DNA of 64,000 bases from the human T2T-CHM13v2.0 reference genome, Homo sapiens: assembly GCF_009914755.1 (NCBI RefSeq), contig NC_060939.1; one strand, given 5' to 3'. Both the position numbers and the translations under genes were made by a program. Numbering within the stretch: the first letter of the stretch is position 1; every line of letters begins with the position of its first letter. Of this stretch, positions 20,364-32,804 are shown piece by piece. Under the pieces are notes generated by a model. It was not told where the DNA came from. It worked only from the letters and a program-made list of their open reading frames with translations, and did not search any database.

Positions 20364-23300
20364 TGTAATATGTTTTGAAGTCAGATTGTGAGGCCTTCAG
20401 CTTTGTTCTTATTGCTCAAGAGTCCTTTAGTTATTCAGGGTCCTTTGTGGTTCCATATAAATTTTCAAATTGTTTTTTCTATTTCTGTGAAGAATGACAT
20501 TGAAATTTTGATAAATATTGCATTAAACCTATAAATCACTTTGGGCAGTAAGGACATTTTAAGAATATTAATTCTTCCTACCCATGAACATAAAATATCT
20601 TTCCATGTATTCATGTCATCTACAATTTTTTCATCAATGTTTTATAGTGTTCAGAATACAGATCTTTCACCTCCTTGGTTAAATGTACTCCTAAGTACAA
20701 TCCTAAATGTGCTCCTAAACAAAAAAAAATACGGTTTTTTTGATGCTACCGTGAATGAGATTGATTTCTTTATTTTTGTCATATAGTTTGTTGTCAGTGT
20801 AAAGAAACTACTGAGTTTTATACATTGATTTTGAATTCTGCAATTTTATTGAATTCATTTATCATTTCTAATAGCTTTTTGGTGGAGTTTTTAGGGTTTC
20901 CTATATATAATATGTCATCAAACAGAGACAATTTTACTTCTTCCTTTTCAATTTGAATATCTTTTATTTCTTTATTTGGCTTAATTGCTCTGGCTAGGAC
21001 TTCCAGAAATAAGTTGAATAGAAGTAGTGAGAATAAATATCCTTGTCTTGTTCTTGATCTTAGCAGAAAAGATTTCACTTTTTCATTGTTGGGTATGATG
21101 TGAGCTGTGAGCTTGTTATATATGTCCTGTTTTGTGTTAAGGTACATGCCTTCTACGCCCAATTTGTTGAGAGATTTTGTCATGAGAGGATTTTGAATTT
21201 AGTCAAATGCTTTTTCTGCATATATAGAGATAGCTATTTTTTTTATCCTTCATTCTGTTAATGTGGTTTATCACATTTGATTTGTGTATGCTGAACCATC
21301 TGGAGGATAAATCCACTTTATCATGGTAAATGTTCTCCTAATGTGTTGCTAAATTCTGTTTGCTAGCACTTTTTTTTGAGGACTTTTGTATCTATGTTCA
21401 TCAGGGATATTGGTTGACCCATACTTTTCTTATAGTGTCCTTGTTTGCCTTTTTATTTTTGTTTTTATTTTTTCGTTTTTGTTTTTTTATTATACTTCAA
21501 GTTTTAGGGTACATGTGCACAACGTGCAGGTTAGTTACATATGTATACATGTGCCATGCTGGTGTGCTGCTCCCATTAACTCATCATTTAACATTAGGTA
21601 TATCTCCTAATGCTATCCCTCCCCCCTCCCCCCACCCCACAACAGGCCCCAGTGCTAATATCCAGAATCTACAATGAATTCAAACAAATTTACAAGAAAA
21701 AAACAAACAACCCCATCAAAAAGTGGGCAAAGGATATGAACAGACACTTCTCAAAAGAAGACATTTATGCAGCCAACAGACGCATGAAGAAATGCTCATC
21801 ATCACTGGCCATCAGAGAAATGCAAATCAAAACCACAATGAGATATCATCTAACACCAGTTAGAATGGCCATCATTAAAAAGTCAGGAAACAACAGGTGC
21901 TGGAGAGGATGTGGAGAAATAGGAACATTTTTACACTGTTGGTGGGACTGTAAACTAGTTCAACCATTGTGGAAGACAGTGTGGCGATTCCTCAAGGATC
22001 TAGAACTAGAAATACCATTTGACCCAGCCATCCCATTACTGGGTATATACCCAAAGGATTACAAATCATGCTGCTATAAAGACACATGCACACATATGTT
22101 TATTGTGGCACTGTTCACAATAGCAAAGACTTGGAACCAATCCAAATGTCCAACAATGATAGACTGGATTAAGAAAATGTGGCACATATACACCATGGAA
22201 TACTATGCAGCCATAAAAAAGGATGAGTTCATGTCCTTTGTAGGGACATGGATGAAGCTGGAAACCATCATTCTCAGCAAACTATTGCAACGACAAAAAA
22301 CCAAACACCACATGTTCTCACTCATAGGTGGGAATTGGACAATGAGAACACATGGACACAGGAAGGGGAACATCACTTTAAAAAAAAAAACAATAATGCT
22401 GATCTTTTAAAATGAGTTTGGAAATACTCTTTCTCCTTCAAGTTTTTGGAAGAATTTCAGAAGGATTGTATTATTATTTTTTAAAATGTTAGAATTCAGC
22501 AATGAAGTTTTCTGGTCCTGGGATGTTCTTTGATGGGAGATGTTTTATTATTGATATACTCTCCATACTCAGTATTGTTCTGTTCAGATTTTATCTTTCT
22601 TCTTGACTTTCTCTAGGTAAGTTGCATTTTTCTAGAAATTTATCTGCTTTTTCTAGGTTATCCAATTTGTTGGCTTGTAATTGTTTATAGTGGCCTCTTA
22701 TGATCCTCTGTATTTCTGTGGTATTAGTTGCAATATTTCCTCTTTCATTTCTGATTTTATTGCTTTGAGTATTCTCTCGTTTTTCTAGTCTAGCTAATGG
22801 TTTGTCAGTTTTGTTTATCTTTTCAAAGAACAAATTCTTAGTTTCATTGATCTGTTCTATTTTCTTTCACAGTCTTTTTTGTATTTGAAGGACTCGTATT
22901 TGTTAACTGGCTCAAGCCTGGAAATTTGTTGAGGTGCTATGAGTCTCTATTGCTCTCATTTCTCTTCACTAGACATAGAAATTTTCTGATTACACGAATC
23001 AAATAAGACTAATAAGCTTCCCAGGGATGAATCCCACTTAAGCATGGTGAATTCTTTTGCTGTGTTTTTTTAAAAATAATATTTGCTAATATTTGGCTGA
23101 GGGTTTTTCCATCTAAGTTCATCAGGAGTATTGGTCTGCAATTTATTTTTATTATAGTGTCCTTCTCTGGTTTTGGTATCAGGGTAATGCTGGTTTTGAA
23201 AAATGAATTTGGAAGTATTCCTCTTCTTCATGTTTCTGGAAGCGTTTGAGAAGGATTGGTGTTAGTTATCTAAGTGTTTGTTAGAATCCAGCCACCGAGC

Positions 23301-23830
23301 CATTCAATCCTGGGTCTTTCTTTTATGAGAGACCTTTCATTGGTGATTTAATTTCCTTATTCACGATTTGTTCTAAATTTTGAATTCTTCATGATTCAGT
23401 TTTGGTACGAGTTTATCAATTTCTTCTAGGTTATCTAATTTGCTGGTGAATAATTATTTATAGTAGTATGTTATGATTTTTTAACTTCTGTGGTATCAGT
23501 TGTAATGTCTCTTCTTTCATTTCTGAGTTTGTTTTCTTTTTTCTTAGTCTATGTAAGAATTTGTTAATTTTGTTTATCTTTTCAAAAAACAATTCTTATT
23601 TTTATTGAAATTTTCAGTTTCTATTATATTATTTCTGCTCTGATCTTTGTTATTTGTTTCCTTCTGCTATCTTTGGGCTTGTATTGTTCTCTAATTTTCT
23701 CGCTCCTTTAGGCATAATATTAGGTTGCTTATTTGAGATCTTTTTTTCTTTTTTGATGTAGGCATTTATTGCTATAAATGTCCCTCTTATAACTGCTTTT
23801 GTTGCATCCCATATGTTTTAGTATGTTATG
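20364..23830 (-). mobile_element. L1MA-type ORF2 continuation, interrupted at 21451-22377, with a second overlapping L1 fragment from ~23020
   Basis: ORF 20818-21183 ([18 protein letters not shown]...KLSLFDD) and ORF 22591-22833 (FFEKINKTDKPLARL). Confidence 0.85.
21451..22377 (-). mobile_element. 5'-inverted (twin-primed) truncated L1PA
   Basis: Poly(T) and 3'UTR in antisense at 21451-21654, then the ORF2 C-terminus in sense at 21654-22377 ending GGAACATCAC, which in L1 directly precedes the start of the non-inverted piece. No clear TSD. Confidence 0.9.
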
Positions 23831-24262
23831 TTTCCATTTTCATGCTACCTGATTTTAGAATATATTTCAAAGCATGGTGTACAGTGCTTTTAAAAAGAGG
23901 CTATATATAGGTATATATAAAAACAATACACACATTGTATATAAACTATGACATGCTTGTAAAGAAAAGAGAACATAAAGTTTCTGAGGAAATAATTAGA
24001 AGAACAAGAGGATGCAAAGGGGTCTGTCAAAGATTCAGTGAAATGAGGGTTTTTGGATATTCACAGCTAATAGATTAATGCATTAGGAATGAGCAAAAAA
24101 ATTGATGGTAGTCAAACAGAGGGAGGGAGGTAGATTTTGAATGATTCAAAGCAGGAGTGTTTTGAAGATAAACAGAATAACTAAAAAGAAAGACTCATAT
24201 GAAAAGCCTAGATTTAAAGCATTTGAATCAAGAGGTGGTAATCTAGGAATTAGGTTGATTTC

Positions 24263-24389
24263 TTTTTTTTTTTAATTTGTGTAGCTTTTTATTTTATTTT
24301 TTATTATACTTTAAGTTTTAGGGTACATGTGCACAAAGTGCAGGTTTGTTACATATGTATACATGTGCCATGTTGGTGTGCTGCACCCA
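24263..24389 (-). mobile_element. Short L1PA 3' end
   Basis: TTATACTTTAAGTTTTAGGGTACATGTGCAC; possible TSD GGTT(G/A)ATTTC. Confidence 0.85.
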
Positions 24390-25170
24390 GAAGACTGGTT
24401 AATTTCAATAACCTAAAAATCCGCAAGGTGGGAGCGTTTCACTGAAGCCAGTTGTTAGAGAAACGTTAGAACCAACTTCCTTTTTTTCTCTGTCCCTTCT
24501 TCTCTGCTTTCTTCTTTTCTCCTCCTCCTCCTCCTCCCTTTACTCTCCTTCTTCTCTCTCTGTTTTTCTAATCATGAAAACAAACGAAAAAAACTATGAG
24601 CAAGAGCACAGAAAAAAGACTAGCAAAGACTGCAGTTATTGAAAGTATCAGATACAGAAAATAAAATAACTATATTTAGTATGTTTAAAGTAAAACAAAA
24701 AATTAAAAATATCATAATGGAACAGGAAACTCTAGAGAATGGCCAAGAAGATTAAAAGAAAACAAATAGAATGTCCATAGAGAATAACATAATTGAAATT
24801 TAAACCCAAATGAATGGTTTCAACAGAATATTAGTATGTTAGAAGCAGTTAAAGAGTGAACTAGTAAACTGTAATATAGGTCAGAAGGGGCTATCCAAAA
24901 TGAACACAGGAATAAGGAAATGGAAAATAAGAAACATGTAGTTAGGAGACATGGAAGACAGAGGGGGAAATGCTAAAAAGTTTTAAAGAGTGTTTCAGAA
25001 GGAGAGAAAGGAGATCATGAATCAGTGTATATATTTTTTAAATTTTATTTTATGTTCTGGGATACACGTGCAGAAAGTGTAGGTTTGATACATAGGTAAA
25101 TGTGTGCCATGGTGGTTTCCTGCACCCATCAACCCATCACCTAGGTATGAGGCCCTGCATGCATTAGCTA

Positions 25171-28100
25171 TTTGTCCTGATGGTCTCCTACCCCCGTCCC
25201 CCTGAGAGGCCCTGGTGTGTGTTGTTCCCCTCCATGTACCCACGTGTTTGTCCTGATGGTCTCCTACCCCCCGTCCCCCTGAGAGGCCCTGGTGTGTGTT
25301 GTTCCCCTCCATGTATCCACGTGTTTGTCCTGATGGTCTCCTACCCCCTGTCCCCCTGAGAGGTCCTGGTGTGTGTTGTTCCCCTCCATGTACCCACGTG
25401 TTTGTCCTGATGGTCTCCTACCCCCTGTCCCCCTGAGAGGCCCTGGTGTGTGTTGTTCCCCTCCATGTACCCACATGTTTGTCTTGATGGTCTCCTACCC
25501 CCCGTCCCCCTGAGAGGCCCTGGTGTGTGTTGTTCCCCTCCATGTATCCACGTGTTTGTCCTGATGGTCTCCTACCCCCTGTCCCCCTGAGAGGCCCTGG
25601 TGTGTGTTGTTCCCCTCCATGTACCCACGTGTTTGTCTTGATGGTCTCCTACCCCCTGTCCCCCTGAGAGGCCCTGGTGTGTGTTGTTCCCCTCCATGTA
25701 CCCACGTGTTTGTCTTGATGGTCTCCTACCCCCTGTCCCCCTGAGAGGTCCTGGTGTGTGTTGTTCCCCTCCATGTACCCACGTGTTTGTCCTGATGGTC
25801 TCCTACCCCCCGTCCCCCTGAGAGGCCCTGGTGTGTGTTGTTCCCCTCCATGTACCCACGTGTTTGTCCTGATGGTCTCCTACCCCCTGTCCCCCTGAGA
25901 GGCCCTGGTGTGTGTTGTTCCCCTCCATGTACCCACGTGTTTGTCCTGATGGTCTCCTACCCCCTGTCCCCCTGAGAGGCCCTGGTGTGTGTTGTTCCCC
26001 TCCATGTACCCACGTGTTTGTCTTGATGGTCTCCTACCCCCCGTCCCCCTGAGAGGCCCTGGTGTGTGTTGTTCCCCTCCATGTACCCACGTGTTTGTCC
26101 TGATGGTCTCCTACCCCCCGTCCCCCTGAGAGGCCCTGGTGTGTGTTGTTCCCCTCCATGTATCCACGTGTTTGTTCTGATGGTCTCCTACCCCCTGTCC
26201 CCCTGAGAGGCCCTGGTGTGTGTTGTTCCCCTCCATGTATCCACGTGTTTGTCCTGATGGTCTCCTACCCCCTGTCCCCCTGAGAGGCCCTGGTGTGTGT
26301 TGTTCCCCTCCATGTATCCACGTGTTTGTCCTGATGGTCTCCTACCCCCTGTCCCCCTGAGAGGCCCTGGTGTGTGTTGTTCCCCTCCATGTATCCACGT
26401 GTGTGTCCTGATGGTCTCCTACCCCCCGTCCCCCTGAGAGGCCCTGGTGTGTGTTGTTCCCCTCCATGTATCCACGTGTGTGTCCTGATGGTCTCCTACC
26501 CCCTGTCCCCCTGAGAGGCCCTGGTGTGTGTTGTTCCCCTCCATGTATCCACGTGTTTGTCCTGATGGTCTCCTACCCCCTGTCCCCCTGAGAGGCCCTG
26601 GTGTGTGTTGTTCCCCTCCATGTACCCACGTGTTTGTCCTGATGGTCTCCTACCCCCTGTCCCCCTGAGAGGCCCTGGTGTGTGTTGTTCCCCTCCATGT
26701 ACCCACGTGTTTGTCCTGATGGTCTCCTACCCCCTGTCCCCCTGAGAGGCCCTGGTGTGTGTTGTTCCCCTCCATGTACCCACGTGTTTGTCCTGATGGT
26801 CTCCTACCCCCCGTCCCCCTGAGAGGCCCTGGTGTGTGTTGTTCCCCTCCATGTATCCACGTGTTTGTCCTGATGGTCTCCTACCCCCTGTCCCCCTGAG
26901 AGGTCCTGGTGTGTGTTGTTCCCCTCCATGTACCCACGTGTTTGTCCTGATGGTCTCCTACCCCCCGTCCCCCTGAGAGGTCCTGGTGTGTGTTGTTCCC
27001 CTCCATGTACCCACGTGTTTGTCTTGATGGTCTCCTACCCCCCGTCCCCCTGAGAGGCCCTGGTGTGTGTTGTTCCCCTCCATGTATCCACGTGTTTGTC
27101 TTGATGGTCTCCTACCCCCCGTCCCCCTGAGAGGCCCTGGTGTGTGGTGTTCCCCTCCATGTACCCACGTGTTTGTCCTGATGGTCTCCTACCCCCTGTC
27201 CCCCTGAGAGGCCCTGGTGTGTGTTGTTCCCCTCCATGTATCCACGTGTGTGTCCTGATGGTCTCCTACCCCCTGTCCCCCTGAGAGGCCCTGGTGTGTG
27301 TTGTTCCCCTCCATGTACCCACGTGTTTGTCCTGATGGTCTCCTACCCCCTGTCCCCCTGAGAGGCCCTGGTGTGTGTTGTTCCCCTCCATGTATCCACG
27401 TGTTTGTCCTGATGGTCTCCTACCCCTGTCCCCCTGAGAGGCCCTGGTGTGTGTTGTTCCCCTCCATGTATCCACGTGTTTGTCCTGATGGTCTCCTACC
27501 CCCCGTCCCCCTGAGAGGCCCTGGTGTGTGTTGTTCCCCTCCATGTATCCACGTGTTTGTCTTGATGGTCTCCTACCCCCCGTCCCCCTGAGAGGCCCTG
27601 GTGTGTGGTGTTCCCCTCCATGTACCCACGTGTTTGTCCTGATGGTCTCCTACCCCCTGTCCCCCTGAGAGGCCCTGGTGTGTGTTGTTCCCCTCCATGT
27701 ATCCACGTGTGTGTCCTGATGGTCTCCTACCCCCTGTCCCCCTGAGAGGCCCTGGTGTGTGTTGTTCCCCTCCATGTACCCACGTGTTTGTCCTGATGGT
27801 CTCCTACCCCCTGTCCCCCTGAGAGGCCCTGGTGTGTGTTGTTCCCCTCCATGTATCCACGTGTTTGTCCTGATGGTCTCCTACCCCTGTCCCCCTGAGA
27901 GGCCCTGGTGTGTGTTGTTCCCCTCCATGTATCCACGTGTTTGTCCTGATGGTCTCCTACCCCCCGTCCCCCTGAGAGGCCCTGGTGTGTGTTGTTCCCC
28001 TCCATGTATCCACGTGTTTGTCTTGATGGTCTCCTACCCCCTGTCCCCCTGAGAGGCCCTGGTGTGTGTTGTTCCCCTCCATGTATCCACGTGTTTGTCC

Positions 28101-29944
28101 TGATGGTCTCCTACCCCCCGTCCCCCTGAGAGGCCCTGGTGTGTGTTGTTCCCCTCCATGTATCCACGTGTTTGTCCTGATGGTCTCCTACCCCTGTCCC
28201 CCTGAGAGGCCCTGGTGTGTGTTGTTCCCCTCCATGTATCCACGTGTTTGTCCTGATGGTCTCCTACCCCCCGTCCCCCTGAGAGGCCCTGGTGTGTGTT
28301 GTTCCCCTCCATGTATCCACGTGTTTGTCTTGATGGTCTCCTACCCCCTGTCCCCCTGAGAGGCCCTGGTGTGTGTTGTTCCCCTCCATGTATCCACGTG
28401 TTTGTCCTGATGGTCTCCTACCCCCTGTCCCCCTGAGAGTCCCTGGTGTGTGTTGTTCCCCTCCATGTACCCACGTGTTTGTGCTGATGGTCTCCTACCC
28501 CCTGTCCCCCTGAGAGGCCCTGGTGTGTGTTGTTCCCCTCCATGTACCCACGTGTGTGTCCTGATGGTCTCCTACCCCCTGTCCCCATGAGAGGCCCTGG
28601 TGTGTGTTTTTCCCCTCCATGTATCCACGTGTTTGTCTTGATGGTCTCCTACCCCCTGTCCCCCTGAGAGGCCCTGGTGTGTGTTGTTCCCCTCCATGTA
28701 TCCACGTGTTTGTCCTGATGGTCTCCTACCCCCTGTCCCCCTGAGAGGCCCTGGTGTGTGTTGTTCCCCTCCATGTATCCACGTGTTTGTCCTGATGGTC
28801 TCCTACCCCCTGTCCCCCTGAGAGGCCCTGGTGTGTGTTGTTCCCCTCCATGTATCCACGTGTTTGTCTTGATGGTCTCCTACCCCCTGTCCCCCTGAGA
28901 GGCCCTGGTGTGTGTTGTTCCCCTCCATGTATCCACGTGTTTGTCCTGATGGTCTCCTACCCCCTGTCCCGCTGAGAGGTCCTGGTGTGTGTTGTTCCCC
29001 TCCATGTACCCACGTGTTTGTCCTGATGGTCTCCTACCCCCTGTCCCCCTGAGAGGCCCTGGTGTGTGTTGTTCCCCTCCATGTACCCACGTGTTTGTCC
29101 TGATGGTCTCCTACCCCCTGTCCCCCTGAGAGGTCCTGGTGTGTGTTGTTCCCCTCCATGTATCCACGTGTTTGTCTTGATGGTCTCCTACCCCCTGTCC
29201 CCCTGAGAGGCCCTGGTGTGTGTTGTTCCCCTCCATGTACCCACGTGTTTGTCCTGATGGTCTCCTACCCCCTGTCCCCCTGAGAGGTCCTGGTGTGTGT
29301 TGTTCCCCTCCATGTATCCACGTGTTTGTCTTGATGGTCTCCTACCCCCCGTCCCCCTGAGAGGCCCTGGTGTGTGTTGTTCCCCTCCATGTATCCACGT
29401 GTTTGTCTTGATGGTCTCCTACCCCCCGTCCCCCTGAGAGGCCCTGGTGTGTGTTGTTCCCCTCCATGTACCCACGTGTTTGTCCTGATGGTCTCCTACC
29501 CCCCGTCCCCCTGAGAGGCCCTGGTGTGTGTTGTTCCCCTCCATGTACCCACGTGTTTGTCCTGATGGTCTCCTACCCCCTGTCCCCCTGAGAGGCCCTG
29601 GTGTGTGTTGTTCCCCTCCATGTACCCACGTGTTTGTCCTGATGGTCTCCTACCCCCTGTCCCGCTGAGAGGCCCTGGTGTGTGTTGTTCCCCTCCATGT
29701 ATCCACGTGTTTGTCCTGATGGTCTCCTACCCCCCGTCCCCCTGAGAGGCCCTGGTGTGTGTTGTTCCCCTCCATGTACCCACGTGTTTGTCCTGATGGT
29801 CTCCTACCCCCTGTCCCGCTGAGAGGCCCTGGTGTGTGTTGTTCCCCTCCATGTATCCACGTGTTTGTCCTGATGGTCTCCTAACCCCTGTCCCCCTGAG
29901 AGGCCCTGGTATGTGTTGTTCCCCTCCATGTATCCATGTGTTTG
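25171..29944. repeat. 77-bp minisatellite (VNTR), 62 copies
   Basis: Unit TTTGTCCTGATGGTCTCCTACCCCCYGTCCCCCTGAGAGGCCCTGGTGTGTGTTGTTCCCCTCCATGTAYCCACGTG. The 4770 bp equal 62x77 minus four 76-bp units. Confidence 0.97.
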
Positions 29945-30211
29945 CTCTCATTGTTCAACTCCCTCTTACGACTGAGAACATGTGGTGTTTGGTTTTCTGT
30001 TCCTGTGTTAGTTTGCTGACGGTGATGGCTTCCAGCTTCATCCATGTCCCTGCAAAGAACATGATCTCATTTATTTTAATGGCTGCAGAGTATTCCATGG
30101 TGAATATATATCACATTTTCTTTATCCAATATATCATTGATGGGCATTTGGGTTGATTCCATGTATTTTCTATCGTAAATAGTGCTGCAATAAACATATG
30201 TGTGCATGTAT

Positions 30212-30402
30212 ATGTATGTGTGTGTGTATATATATGTAGTTATAATATGTATATATATGTGTATATATATGTGTGTATATATATACACATATATATACAT
30301 TTACATATATAATATATGTATATATGTATATATATGTGTATATATATGTATATATATGTGTATATATATGTATATATATGTATGTATATGTATATATATA
30401 TA
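30212..30402. repeat. (TA/TG)n microsatellite at the Alu tail
   Basis: About 190 bp of TA/TG lying between the Alu poly(T) and its TSD. Confidence 0.95.
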
Positions 30403-30692
<290 letters not shown>

Positions 30693-31097
30693 CTGTGCAT
30701 GTATCTTTATAATAGAGTGATTTATATTCCTTTGGGCATATACCCAGTAAAGGGATTGCTGGGGCAAATGGCATTTCTGGTTCTAGATCTTTGAGGAATT
30801 GTCACACTGTCTTCCACAGTGAATGAACTAATTTACATTCCCACAAACAGTGTAAAAGCATTCCTATTTCTCCACAGCCTTACCAGCAACTGTTGTTTCT
30901 GGAGTTTTTGATAATCACCATTAAGACTGGTTTGAGATAGTATCTCATTGTGCTTTTGAGTTGCATTTCTCTAATGATCAGTGATTTGAGCTTTTTTTCA
31001 TATGTTTGTTGGCCACATCCATGTCTTCTTTTGAGAATTGTCTGTTCATGTCCTTTGGCCAATTTTTGATGGTTTTTTTTCTTGTAAATTTAAGTTC

Positions 31098-32135
31098 TCC
31101 ATAGGAGCAGGTGCTCTAATTGCTTGGAGGTCTGCCTATGTGTGGAGATGAGAGGGCCTCACTGCACTATAATCTCAGCACAGGAAGGTTGGGGAAGCTC
31201 AGGCTGCTGATCCAGTCAAGTGGGTGCTCCACATACCTGGAAATCTGCCTGGCCATAGACTGGAGAGGGCCCCACTGCACCACAACCTATGTTTACAAAC
31301 GGTGGGGTAGCTCAGGATGCTGGTCCAGGTAGACAGGTGCTCCAATGCCTGAATTTCTGCCTGGGGGTGAAGCAGAGAAAGCCCTGCTGTATCACATTGT
31401 CAGGGGAACAGGCTGGGGCACCCAGCAATGACACCTGCAGACTGGTTGTAGGTCTCCAAGCTGGCCCTGGCTGCAAGTTTCATCACCTGGGAGAAATTAC
31501 AGCTGTAGCAGCTTTTCTGTTGCCCCGAGGCTGCGATGGGGGAAAGCACAATTCCAGCACATACTGCTGAGGTGTTTCCCACAATATGGCTGTGAAGGTC
31601 CCTACCAAGACCCAAAGCAGTTGTTCCAATCTTTGGCCTGAGACTAAAATGCCTGTGCAGGCATTCTGCTGGGTCACAAAAAGAAAAAAAAAAGCTGACT
31701 TTGCATGCATCCAGATTGAAAATGGCATCTTGCTCTTACTTCCTGGTCTGGGAAAATGTCTGCAGCTGTTCCCAGTGTCTTTGCTTCACAGCATCTCCAA
31801 GCCTCTCCCCATGTTGACTCCAGGCCTTGGGAGAAACAAAATGCAACAACTTGGCTGGGGTTGCTCAGATTCACAGTGAAAATGTCAGTTACAGAGGGAG
31901 GCTCTCTGCCTCTCTCACATACTAGGACTTCGCTCACTTTTATAAGCTGGTTGCTGTCATGTTGACTGTTTGCTCACATTCTCCTTCTTGGGATCTATGA
32001 TGTCCTTCATGATTCTGGTGGATTCCCATTTTCCTTCTTGACTTAGAGCTCACAGAGTTGACCTTTGTGCACTCTCTTGCTATTTCTAAGTGGCCGAGGC
32101 ACACTAAAAGCCTCTAATTTATCATCTTGGGAAAA
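31098..32135 (-). mobile_element. Old L1 5'UTR-like segment
   Basis: GC-richer ~1 kb ending ...ATCATCTTGG (reverse complement CCAAGATG, a typical L1 5' start). Confidence 0.55.
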
Positions 32136-32173
32136 AAACAAAACAGGGAAGTTTGCTTTTGCAAATTGTTGTT

Positions 32174-32654
32174 TGTGGGGGTCTGTCCTGCAGACCCCAG
32201 CTGCACGAGGGATGAATAATGTACTCAGACACCAATTATTCAGTGAAAGAGCCGCTAGGGGGCTGGGCCGTGCACAGAAAGAGTTCTGGCAGCCACGAGC
32301 CCTGACTAGCTAGCCCTGCCAGCATTTATTGAAAAAACATTAAATGACAGGGGCTTTTAGTCAACACAAATAGAGGGTAATTAACCTGGTCACCCTCCCC
32401 CGAGAGAGAGCCATCCTGCCTGTGAATGATCAAAGGTTGGCTTCAGGACCACATGAGTAAACAAGTTATTTAGATAAACTCCCTTACATTCCTTTGCACC
32501 TACTTTAAGCTATTTACTCAAGGAAGGATTAGGCCGCCTTCATTCAGATCTATTACTGAAGCTATACAACACCCCCAGCCTTCCATGAAGGTTTGTGTCG
32601 ATTTCTTATAACTATCTTTAAAATTTTTCCCACCAGCCTGACTGAACTCCCACA
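32174..32654 (-). mobile_element. Solo LTR22 (HERV-K HML-5 family)
   Basis: TG...CA ends, 481 bp, 6-bp TSD GTTGTT (32168-32173 and 32655-32660). Minus strand starts TGTGGGAGTTCAGTCAGGCTGGTGGGAAAAATTTTAAAG and contains AATAAA. Confidence 0.88.
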
Positions 32655-32804
32655 GTTGTTGCTACTTTTTGAAATTGAAATACTTCTAGGAAGACTGATT
32701 AAGAACAATATAGAGAAAAGACATATTTTTCAAACTCCTGATGAAGAAGAAACATCCGTATTAATATATAGCTAATAAAAAGATAAGAGATGTTGTGGAA
32801 AATT

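Noticed and set aside
27266-28359. Repeated 92- and 97-aa ORFs in the VNTR
   Set aside because: They arise where 76-bp units shift the frame past the recurring stop; there is no coding signature.
25171-29944. CRISPR-like array
   Set aside because: Units are contiguous near-identical copies with no unique spacers, they are L1-derived, the context is mammalian, and there are no cas genes.
25171-29944. PRDM9 13-mer in each VNTR unit
   Set aside because: Best matches are 7 of 8 fixed positions, which is expected by chance in C-rich sequence.
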